A stretch of 64,000 nt of DNA from Nitrospirota bacterium (GTDB taxonomy: Bacteria; Nitrospirota; Nitrospiria; 2-01-FULL-66-17). Below are positions 56,620 through 64,000 of this stretch, one piece after another. Position 1 is the stretch's first letter; each line of letters begins with the position of its first letter. Below the pieces are notes generated by a model. The model searched no databases. It was not told where the DNA came from and saw nothing but the letters and a program-made list of their open reading frames with translations. A program made the translations under genes and the position numbers. The DNA lies in the NCBI GenBank assembly GCA_049325335.1, contig JBMOMC010000002.1, positions 256,001 through 320,000 of the forward strand, written 5' to 3'.

Positions 56620-58507
56620 CGCGCTGTCCCGGATCGGGAACGCGATGGCTCGATCGTTGGCCCACCGGGGACCCGATGACGAAGGCCTGGAGGCGGTGGA
56701 CATCGACGGATGTCCCGACCGCGCCATTCTTCTCGCCCATCGGCGCTTATCGATCCTCGACCTTTCTCCGCTCGGCCACCAGCCCATGCACGATGCGGAA
56801 ACCGGGAATTGGATCGTCTATAACGGGGAAACGTACAACTTCAAATCGCTACGCCGGGATCTGGAACATCAAGGATGTTCATTTCGCTCTCAGAGTGATA
56901 CCGAGGTCTTGCTCAAGGGATACGCTCGCCGGGGCATCAACATCCTGGACGATCTCTGCGGGATGTTCGCGTTCGGCTTGTGGGATCGCCAACGGCGCGA
57001 ACTCGTCTTGGCCGTGGATCACGTCGGTATCAAGCCGCTGTACTACTGGGCGGGATCGAACGGGGCGTTTCTATTCGCGTCGGAACTCCGGGCTCTCATG
57101 GCCACCGGCTTGGTTCCGAGGCGGGTGGATCCGGTTGGCCTGGAAGGGTATCTGAGCTACGGCGCTGTCCAGGGACCGCATACGATTATTGCGGGTGTCC
57201 GAATCCTCCCCCCGGGAAGTTATCTCCGCATTCGAGCCGACGGTCAGATCGACGGCCCGCACGAGTATTGGCGTGCCCAATTCCCCACGGCGGATCGCGA
57301 GCCGGTGCAACGGGTCGAGGACGTGGTTGCCGAGGTTCGCGCGCTGCTGGATCAGGTCGTGGCCGAGCACCTGGTCAGCGATGTGCCGTTGGGGGTGTTT
57401 CTCAGCGGCGGGATCGATTCCAGCAGCGTCCTGGCATCCGCGAGCTCCGGTTCACGCTCGCTCAAGACGTTCTCCATCGGGTTCGCGGAACAGGAGTTCT
57501 CGGAAGCGGCGTATTCCCGCGAAATGGCAACGCGCTATGGTTCCCAACACACCGAGATCTGTTTATCCGAAGGCGATCTGCTCAAGATGCTTCCCGGCGC
57601 GCTGGATGCGTTGGACCAGCCCACACTCGACGGGACCAACGTTTATGTGATCTCCCGCGCGGTCCGCGACGCCGGGGTCACGGTGGTGCTGTCCGGACAG
57701 GGTGGCGATGAAATCTTCGGGGGCTACCCCACATTCCAGCAGGTGGAGCAGGCTGCGATGTGGCGGAGACGCCTGGCGGTTGTTCCCCGTCTGGCATGGG
57801 CCGGCGGTGCGAGGCTGTGGGATGCGGTGCAAGCTCGTCGTCGCGTCATTCCTGATAAGGTCGGCCAGTGGTTGGGCGGGGACGGCAGCGCCTTCACCGC
57901 GTATTTCCTGCTCCGTCAAGTATTCCCGCCGAGTGTTCGGCGCTCGCTGTTTCCCGGTGAGCACCGCGTGAGTCCGGAGGGCTTGCCGGCTGATCTCGCG
58001 CAGCTTTTGCGCGATCGTGTCGACAACCTAGATGTGTTCAACCTGGTGTCGCTCTTGGAGTGCCGAACCTATCTGGGCAACATGCTCTTGCGCGATGGGG
58101 ACGTGATGAGCATGGCGCACAGCCTGGAGGTTCGCGTCCCGTTTCTGGATCGTCGTCTGGTGGAAATGGTGTCTCGGCTTCCAGGACAGACCAAACTGGA
58201 TGGACCGTTGCCGAAGGCGTTGTTGCTCAAGGCGATGGGCGATCGATTGCCTGCCTCGATTTATCAGCGACCCAAACAGGGCTTTACCTTCCCGTGGTCG
58301 CACTGGCTCCGGCAAGACTTGAGGCCGATGGCGGATGAGGCGCTAAACGACCGGACCGCGTTCCTGAAGCTGGGCATGGATCCGAGCGCGGTGCTCGGGT
58401 TGTGGCGCGCGTTCCTGGCCGGGCGGCCCGGCATCACGTGGTCGCGGATCTGGACGTTGATCGTGCTACGCGAGTGGACGAACCGCCACGGAGCGGCGCT
58501 CGCATGA
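56582..58507 (+). CDS. asnB: Asparagine synthase family amidotransferase (second copy)
   Basis: MCGIAG, HRGPD, NGE.YN, LSGGIDSS, GQGGDEIFGGY, SLEVRVPFLD. Confidence 0.88.
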   Translation: MCGIAGYLGPRSDALSRIGNAMARSLAHRGPDDEGLEAVDIDGCPDRAILLAHRRLSILDLSPLGHQPMHDAETGNWIVYNGETYNFKSLRRDLEHQGCSFRSQSDTEVLLKGYARRGINILDDLCGMFAFGLWDRQRRELVLAVDHVGIKPLYYWAGSNGAFLFASELRALMATGLVPRRVDPVGLEGYLSYGAVQGPHTIIAGVRILPPGSYLRIRADGQIDGPHEYWRAQFPTADREPVQRVEDVVAEVRALLDQVVAEHLVSDVPLGVFLSGGIDSSSVLASASSGSRSLKTFSIGFAEQEFSEAAYSREMATRYGSQHTEICLSEGDLLKMLPGALDALDQPTLDGTNVYVISRAVRDAGVTVVLSGQGGDEIFGGYPTFQQVEQAAMWRRRLAVVPRLAWAGGARLWDAVQARRRVIPDKVGQWLGGDGSAFTAYFLLRQVFPPSVRRSLFPGEHRVSPEGLPADLAQLLRDRVDNLDVFNLVSLLECRTYLGNMLLRDGDVMSMAHSLEVRVPFLDRRLVEMVSRLPGQTKLDGPLPKALLLKAMGDRLPASIYQRPKQGFTFPWSHWLRQDLRPMADEALNDRTAFLKLGMDPSAVLGLWRAFLAGRPGITWSRIWTLIVLREWTNRHGAALA

Positions 58508-59634
58508 GCGCGCGTCTGCGGGTGGCGATCTCCGCGCTGTCGGCCAAGTCGTACGGCGGCGATTCGTATTTTCGGGGGATCATTCCCGCACTTGGTCGCT
58601 TTGCGGACCAGGCGGAATTCACGTTGTTGGCGCGTGACGATCGGTATGCCCGACTTGCTGAAGACAGCGGTATCCGGCAGGTGACGCTCCAAACTCCGGA
58701 AGGCGGTATCAAAAGGATTCTGTGGGAGCAAGCCGTGCTTCCGGGAGTGATTCGGCGTTTGGGCTGTGACGTGCTGTATACCGCCAACAACGTGGGAACC
58801 CTGCGATCCGGTCTGCCGTGCGTCATCGCCATCCGGAACATGGAGCCACTGGTCGCGCGGAACGATCAGGCGTCGTGGGGGTTGCAGGTCCGGCATGGAC
58901 TGCTGGCCCGGCTCACGTGGTGGTCGATCCAACGCGCCGCGCGGGTGGTCGCGGTCTCGCACTTCGTCCGCGAGGCGTTGGTGGCCGGCGGAGCGGACCC
59001 CACGAAGATCGACGTGGTGTACCACGGCATTGATGACGTGGCGACCGATGACGCGGGAGTGCCGAGCGACGTGGTGCGTGAGATGCCGACGGAGTATGTG
59101 GCGGCGGCCGCGAAGTTTGTTCGGTACGCCAATTTGGCGACGTTGTTTCGCGCGTACGCCGTCATGAGGGACCGCGGTTTCAAGGGGCCGTTGGTGTTCG
59201 CGGGCGGTTCGCACGACGCGGGTTACGAGTCGGAGATCCGGAGTTTGGTCGATCGGTTGGATCTGGGGTCCAACGTCCGATTTCTGGGGTACGTGCCGCG
59301 CGAGACGCTTCAAGCGACGATCCGGCATTGTCGCGCCTTCTTGTTTTCGTCGGTGTTGGAGGCGTGCCCCTTTACGCTGTTGGAGGCTATGCGGCAAGGC
59401 GCGCCAATCGTCGCGACCACGGCGGGTCCGTCGATGGAGTTTTGCGGCCAGGCCGCGGAGTACGTCGAACCGACCGACTACGAGGCGTTCGGGGACACCG
59501 CGTATCGGCTCGTTACCGACGAGGCGCGGCGAAGTCAGCTCGCAACGCGCGCCAAGCTCCGCGCGGCTGAATTTCGTTGGGATCGATCGGTGGCCGGGCT
59601 GCTCGGCTCATTTCGACACGCGGTCGGCGCCTGA
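58504..59634 (+). CDS. Glycosyltransferase family 4
   Basis: WEQ, VSHF, YHG, EACPFTLLEAM; ATGA overlap with the asnB stop. Confidence 0.85.
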   Translation: MSARLRVAISALSAKSYGGDSYFRGIIPALGRFADQAEFTLLARDDRYARLAEDSGIRQVTLQTPEGGIKRILWEQAVLPGVIRRLGCDVLYTANNVGTLRSGLPCVIAIRNMEPLVARNDQASWGLQVRHGLLARLTWWSIQRAARVVAVSHFVREALVAGGADPTKIDVVYHGIDDVATDDAGVPSDVVREMPTEYVAAAAKFVRYANLATLFRAYAVMRDRGFKGPLVFAGGSHDAGYESEIRSLVDRLDLGSNVRFLGYVPRETLQATIRHCRAFLFSSVLEACPFTLLEAMRQGAPIVATTAGPSMEFCGQAAEYVEPTDYEAFGDTAYRLVTDEARRSQLATRAKLRAAEFRWDRSVAGLLGSFRHAVGA

Positions 59635-59640
59635 CTCGGT

Positions 59641-60885
59641 ATGCGGATTTTATTGCTCACGGATCGGTATCCGCCGGAGGCTCGATCTTCCGCGACGCTG
59701 TTTCAGGAATTGGCGGAAGCCCTGGCGAAACGAGGGCACGAAGTCTGCGTGCTGACCAAAATGCCACAGGGGTACGTTCCGACTCTTGATGACGGACAGC
59801 CTGCGGGGCACCTGCCCTTTGCCGAAGTTCGGGGAGGAGTCCGTGTGGTCCGTCTGCGAGGGTTGTCTTCCATGAGCCGCTCACTGGTGGTCCGAGCGGT
59901 TGACCAGATGGTATTGGGGATGCTCTTTACCGCAAATCTGTGGCGCTGTGGTCGGCCGGACGCGGTGATCGTGTATTCCCCGCCGCTGCCGCTCGTGTTG
60001 GTTGCGGCGATCCTCACGCGACTCCGTGGTGTTCCGTACGTGCTCAATCTCCACGACTTGTACCCCCGGACGGCGGTTCAGCTTGGAGTCCTGAAAAATT
60101 CGCTATTGATATGGGGCGCGAAGCTGTTTGAACGAATCGCGTATCGCAATGCCGCCATGATCGTTGTGCCCGCGGACGGCAGTCGGCGTGTCCTGATCGA
60201 CGAGAACCACGTGGATCCAGGGAAACTCCGAGTGATTCCCAACTGGGTGGATGTTCACGCGGTGGTCCCAGGCCCGAAGGAGAATAGCTTTCGACAGAAA
60301 CACGGACTGTTGGGCGCATTTGTGGTGTCGTATGCGGGGGTGATGGGCTTTGCGCAGGACCTCACAACTATCATCCAGTGCGCGCGGTTAATGGTCTCGA
60401 ACCAAGCGATGGTGTTCCTGTTGGTGGGAGACGGCGTGCAGCTTCCTCAATGGAAAGTGCTCGCAGAAAGGCTTCCCAATGTGCGTTTCTTGGGGCCGGT
60501 GGCGAAGGACCGGTATTTCGATTTACTCCGGGCCTCGGATGTCTGTCTAGTGCCGTTGGATGGGGCGCTTTCCTCGCCCGCGATTCCTGGGAAAATTCAG
60601 AGCATCATGGCGGTCGGACGGCCGATCGCCGCGATTGTGCCGACCGAAGGAGAAGCCGCACGGGTCGTGAACGAGAGTCGGAGCGGCTGGGTCGTGGTCC
60701 CCGGAGACGTCCAGGCGCTCCGGTCCGTTCTTGATCGGGCCATCCAACATCCCGAGGTGGGTGAGGAATTGGGGCGGAACGGGCGACGTTTTGCTGAACA
60801 ACACTATGCGATCGAGTATGCCATTGACGGATACGAAGAGACGTTGGTCAAGGTTCGGAGCGAGTTTGACCGGGTTCAGCGCTGA
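59641..60885 (+). CDS. Glycosyltransferase family 4 (WbuB-like)
   Basis: YPPE, SPP, DLYP, PNWVD, YAG.MG.AQ, PGK. Confidence 0.85.
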   Translation: MRILLLTDRYPPEARSSATLFQELAEALAKRGHEVCVLTKMPQGYVPTLDDGQPAGHLPFAEVRGGVRVVRLRGLSSMSRSLVVRAVDQMVLGMLFTANLWRCGRPDAVIVYSPPLPLVLVAAILTRLRGVPYVLNLHDLYPRTAVQLGVLKNSLLIWGAKLFERIAYRNAAMIVVPADGSRRVLIDENHVDPGKLRVIPNWVDVHAVVPGPKENSFRQKHGLLGAFVVSYAGVMGFAQDLTTIIQCARLMVSNQAMVFLLVGDGVQLPQWKVLAERLPNVRFLGPVAKDRYFDLLRASDVCLVPLDGALSSPAIPGKIQSIMAVGRPIAAIVPTEGEAARVVNESRSGWVVVPGDVQALRSVLDRAIQHPEVGEELGRNGRRFAEQHYAIEYAIDGYEETLVKVRSEFDRVQR

Positions 60886-60921
60886 TCTGGGCAAGACGAT
60901 GAGCGTGTCGTCGGGTGTTAG

Positions 60922-60950
60922 TTGCCTTTTCGATCTAGTGCTCTTATAGT
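60922..60950 (+). promoter_or_regulatory. Candidate sigma70 promoter TTGCCT-N17-TATAGT
   Basis: Near-consensus elements with 17-bp spacing, upstream of the wecA-like gene. Confidence 0.55.
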
Positions 60951-61006
60951 AACGCGATTTTCCGGATCGTTCGGTTACCGATCAAGACGCCGAAGGAGGT
61001 GAGGAG

Positions 61007-61024
61007 ATGGTGAGGATTTCTTAG
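61007..61024 (+). other. Candidate leader mini-ORF (MVRIS) behind SD AAGGAGGTGA
   Basis: AAGGAGGTGA at 60993-61002, then ATG GTG AGG ATT TCT TAG. Confidence 0.35.
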
Positions 61025-61081
61025 CCGCGCCGGGTTTCGTCGCAGTACACGGATGGGCTGCTACGCAGACACGGAGGTTAC

Positions 61082-62656
61082 ATGGGACTGTACTGGGTCA
61101 GTGCCGTCGTAGGTTGTCTTCTCGCACTCTTCGTTACCCCGCTGATCAGGCCGTTGGCGCTCCGAATCGGGGCGCTGGATCGCCCCAATCATCGCACGAT
61201 CCACCGCGCGCCGACGCCGCGCCTGGGCGGGGTGGCGATCTTTACCTCGCTGGTGTTGGCGACGCTCGGCCTGTTCGTGGCGAGCGCGGACGCTCGGGGA
61301 TTCTTGGCGGTTGCCCCGGTCAAGTCCGTCGCGTTCTTCGTGGGGCTTCTCTTGGTGTTCGCCCTCGGTGTCGTCGACGACCTTCGAGGCCTCGACGCCT
61401 GGAAGAAATTTCCGGTCCAGATTCTCGCGGCCACCGTCGTCTACGCCGCCGGGTTCCGCGCCGACGCGATCGGGGTGCCGTGGGGCGGGGTGATCACTCT
61501 CGGGGTGTTGAGTTATCCCGTGACGGTGCTCTGGATCGTCGGGGTTACCAACGCGATTAACCTGATCGACGGATTGGACGGGCTGGCCGCCGGGGTTTCC
61601 GCGATTGCCTCGGCGACGATCTGTCTGGTCGCGCTTTCTGTCGGCAACACGTCGGTGGTCCTGGTCACGGCGGTGATGACCGGTGTGCTCATCGGATTTC
61701 TTCGCTACAACTTTCATCCCGCGAAACTGTTCATGGGCGACTCGGGCAGTCTCGTGCTTGGGTTCTTTTTGGCCACGGTGGCGCTCCAAGGCGCGCAAAA
61801 AGGCTCGACGGCTGTGGCGTTGTTGGTGCCGATCGTGGTGATGGCGGTTCCGATCGCCGATACGTTGACCGCAATCGTTCGGCGGCTCATGAACGGTCTG
61901 GGGCCGTTCACAGCGGATCGGGAACATTTTCACCACCGGTTGATCTGGAAGGGATTGAATCAGCCCCGCGCAGTACTGTGTCTCTATGCGGTGTCCGCGG
62001 TGTGCGGGCTCGCGGCGTATGTGATGGCGGTGGGTACGCCCGGGGTGTCGTGGGCGGTGGTGCTGACCGTGATCGTGGGCGGAGTGCTGTTGATTCGTGA
62101 GCTCGAGTACGCCGAGTTCGCGGGCATTCTGGGGCGCATTGTGCGTGGAGACCGTCGACGCCGTCCGCCGCGCTACAAGAATCTCGTCTTGAAGCAGGCG
62201 AGGACTCGGATTGTGACCGCTAGGAGCTTTGATCGCGCATGGCGATCCATGACCATGGCGGCCAAGGAACTGGAGTTCGACTTGCTCCACCTCAAGCCGT
62301 CCGGTCCATACAGCGAGGTTCCTATGCCGACGCCTTGGCGGAGCCGAACTCGGGCGGATGTTTCGCCCGTTCGGAACCCGGAGTTGTGGACACAGGAGTA
62401 TCCGTTGCCCGCTAACCAAGCCGGATTGTCGCTGATGATCGGCAAGTACCCGTGGAAAACCCGTCGACGCAATGAAGACGAGGAACGTTGGGGGCGCGAG
62501 CTGGCCGAGGCCTTTGGACGGTGGCTGTCCGTCAATCGCGCGAGCGTCACGCCCGTGTTGCCGCGCTACGCGGCGGTCGACACCGAGATCCTTCCGCCAT
62601 TAGTTGTCTCAACCGGCTCCGTGGCGGAGCCCAGCCAGCCAAGCCCGACGTCGTAG
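61082..62656 (+). CDS. wecA: Undecaprenyl-phosphate GlcNAc-1-phosphate transferase (WecA/MraY family) with C-terminal extension
   Basis: PRLGG, GVVDD, NAINLIDGLDGL, FMGDSGS, DREHFHHRL. Confidence 0.88.
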   Translation: MGLYWVSAVVGCLLALFVTPLIRPLALRIGALDRPNHRTIHRAPTPRLGGVAIFTSLVLATLGLFVASADARGFLAVAPVKSVAFFVGLLLVFALGVVDDLRGLDAWKKFPVQILAATVVYAAGFRADAIGVPWGGVITLGVLSYPVTVLWIVGVTNAINLIDGLDGLAAGVSAIASATICLVALSVGNTSVVLVTAVMTGVLIGFLRYNFHPAKLFMGDSGSLVLGFFLATVALQGAQKGSTAVALLVPIVVMAVPIADTLTAIVRRLMNGLGPFTADREHFHHRLIWKGLNQPRAVLCLYAVSAVCGLAAYVMAVGTPGVSWAVVLTVIVGGVLLIRELEYAEFAGILGRIVRGDRRRRPPRYKNLVLKQARTRIVTARSFDRAWRSMTMAAKELEFDLLHLKPSGPYSEVPMPTPWRSRTRADVSPVRNPELWTQEYPLPANQAGLSLMIGKYPWKTRRRNEDEERWGRELAEAFGRWLSVNRASVTPVLPRYAAVDTEILPPLVVSTGSVAEPSQPSPTS

Positions 62657-62780
62657 TCGTGTGCCCCCCTGTTTGCACGGGGGCACGACCGACTTGATTA
62701 CGGCGCCGCTGGGCCGTTGGTCCTATGGCAACGACGATTCCCTGGGCCTTCCGTCGATTAGGCTGAGTCCTCTGCCTCGA

Positions 62781-62810
62781 TTGACTCGATCAAACGTTGC
62801 GTGGTACAGT
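62781..62810 (+). promoter_or_regulatory. Candidate sigma70 promoter TTGACT-N18-TACAGT with extended -10
   Basis: Directly upstream of SD gaggag and ATG 62847. Confidence 0.5.
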
Positions 62811-62846
62811 CGGCCGTTCATTGGTATCCACGTTGAGGAGTAATCC

Positions 62847-63494
62847 ATGAGCACGACCCCGTCTTCCACTACGTATCGCGTTCGTCCGGGCCCCGAGGCG
62901 TTTTTGCCCCCTGCCGCCGCCTGCATGGGGGTCGTCTTGCCGGATCCGGGGCAGGCCCATATTGAAGGCGTGGTCGTTGATGAGGCGCAGGCCTATGAAG
63001 AAGCCGCGCGTCGCTTCCTCGGCGCCAAAGTGCCCACGATTTTCCCCGGGCCATTGGTCCTCTGGCACTGGAACGAGACCTCCAAGAAAAAGGCGACCGC
63101 AATCAAGAAGCTGTACGATACCATGAAGGAATGCGCGCCGGCCGGCAGCAAGCCGATGTTGATTCCTATGGCGGATTACCGGCCCAAGTACCCCAAGATC
63201 AACCCCGAAATCGAGATCAACCCGAATCACCCCAACCTCACGATCTGGCACAACCGCATCGACGTGTGTATGTTCGTGGGGGTGCACTGCCATCAGGCCA
63301 ATCTGGCGCTTAAAATTATCCGCGGCGGGACCAATTGCTACACCATCGCGATGTGCGCGCAGGCAGGGCACGAGGACGCCAACCTGTCGTTCCGCGACGC
63401 AAGCCCGGAGAAAATTCTGAAGCTGGCCGAGGCGGTGCGGAGGGTGGCGGGGCAGGGGGGCGCGCGTCCAGCCGGCAACGGCGGCAAGCCGTAA
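62847..63494 (+). CDS. porD: Delta subunit of five-subunit 2-oxoacid (pyruvate):ferredoxin oxidoreductase (CO dehydrogenase beta/CdhB-like family)
   Basis: PGPE.FLPPAAA.MG, PTIFPGPLVLW, DYRPKYPKI.PE.EINPNHPNLTIW, GVHCH.AN, CAQAGHEDA; recognised from recalled Nitrospira/Aquificota-type Por/For subunits. Confidence 0.75.
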   Translation: MSTTPSSTTYRVRPGPEAFLPPAAACMGVVLPDPGQAHIEGVVVDEAQAYEEAARRFLGAKVPTIFPGPLVLWHWNETSKKKATAIKKLYDTMKECAPAGSKPMLIPMADYRPKYPKINPEIEINPNHPNLTIWHNRIDVCMFVGVHCHQANLALKIIRGGTNCYTIAMCAQAGHEDANLSFRDASPEKILKLAEAVRRVAGQGGARPAGNGGKP

Positions 63495-63495
63495 A

Positions 63496-63534
63496 GAGCC
63501 TGTTCAGAGAGGTCCGTCCGCGGCGTTGTCGCTG
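63496..63534 (+). repeat. Degenerate left end of the 126-bp palindromic element
   Basis: 31/39 ungapped identity to 6767-6805; lies immediately after a stop codon. Confidence 0.55.
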
Positions 63535-63751
63535 TGTTTGCTTCGCCAAGCGAGCGGAACTGTCTTTTGCCAGCGCGACAAATCCGCGCGAAGCGCTTTC
63601 CTCTTTGCCCTTTCGCCCCCTCACCCATTCTCCCACTCTGAATTTTCTTCTCCCTCCTCCGTCTGAGCGGTTGGCGCTCGTCCGTTAGGTCGATTGCTCT
63701 TGATGGGGACCGAGTGGTTCAATTCGGGTATTGGATTTGGGATCGTTGACG

Positions 63752-64000
63752 ATGACGAAGAAACCGGGATGGCGGTTGTTGGCGTGCGTGGGCGCATTCG
63801 CGTTGGCGGGGTGCGTGGAATCACCCGTCATGATGGGTCCGCGGTCGGCACATGAGGTGATCGATCTGCACCTTGCATATCCGGAGGCGTTCGACCGGGT
63901 GGTGCGGGCGCTCGAGCGCGAAGGGTACGAGATCGAGGCAGCGGATGAGCGCTTCGGGTTGATCCGTACCGCGCCCACGGTGCGCGAGGGCGCGGGCGGG
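63752..64000 (+). CDS. Hypothetical lipoprotein (runs off the window end)
   Basis: MTKKPGWRLLACVGAFALAGC signal with lipobox; open to the end of the window. Confidence 0.65.
   Translation, partial: MTKKPGWRLLACVGAFALAGCVESPVMMGPRSAHEVIDLHLAYPEAFDRVVRALEREGYEIEAADERFGLIRTAPTVREGAGG

Noticed and set aside
62661..62686. GC hairpin after wecA as an intrinsic terminator
   Set aside because: An 8-bp stem is present but there is no U-tract on either side
1..64000. CRISPR array, tRNA/rRNA, integrase or transposase
   Set aside because: No regularly spaced repeats, no tRNA cloverleaf with T-loop consensus, and no recombinase or transposase motifs recognised by eye

Overview
A GC-rich bacterial chromosomal window. 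Nearly all of it is one + strand cell-envelope supercluster. In order it holds: lipid A/Kdo genes (lpxI, gnnA-like, lpxB, msbA, a DUF374/LpxJ-type acyltransferase split by an A10 tract, waaA, lpxK); heptose/core genes (waaF, gmhB, waaC, WaaP/InaA kinase, GT4/GT2/GT9, a YejM/LapC-like sulfatase, waaL); polysaccharide export genes (SLBB/Wza-type, two Wzz-type, Wzi); nucleotide-sugar genes; a decayed nucleotidyltransferase/MNT-HEPN toxin-antitoxin patch; a low-GC MurJ/Wzy O-antigen cassette; a C-methyl-sugar, polyprenyl-phosphate GT2 and DUF2079 module; and a WecA-type initiating transferase. The window ends with a stand-alone delta subunit of the five-subunit pyruvate:ferredoxin oxidoreductase type, which suggests a Nitrospirota-like host (inference). 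The most notable observations are: a candidate -1 recoding or phase switch in the lipid A acyltransferase; a 126-bp full-length hairpin repeat family with compensatory base changes that supplies stop codons to LPS genes; a GATC/GATA palindromic array upstream of wzy; a strong-SD 5-codon uORF upstream of wecA; and a putative periplasmic lipid-linked branched-sugar decoration system. I recognised no rRNA, tRNA, CRISPR array or intact transposase. All protein calls rest on motif recognition by eye, not on database searches.
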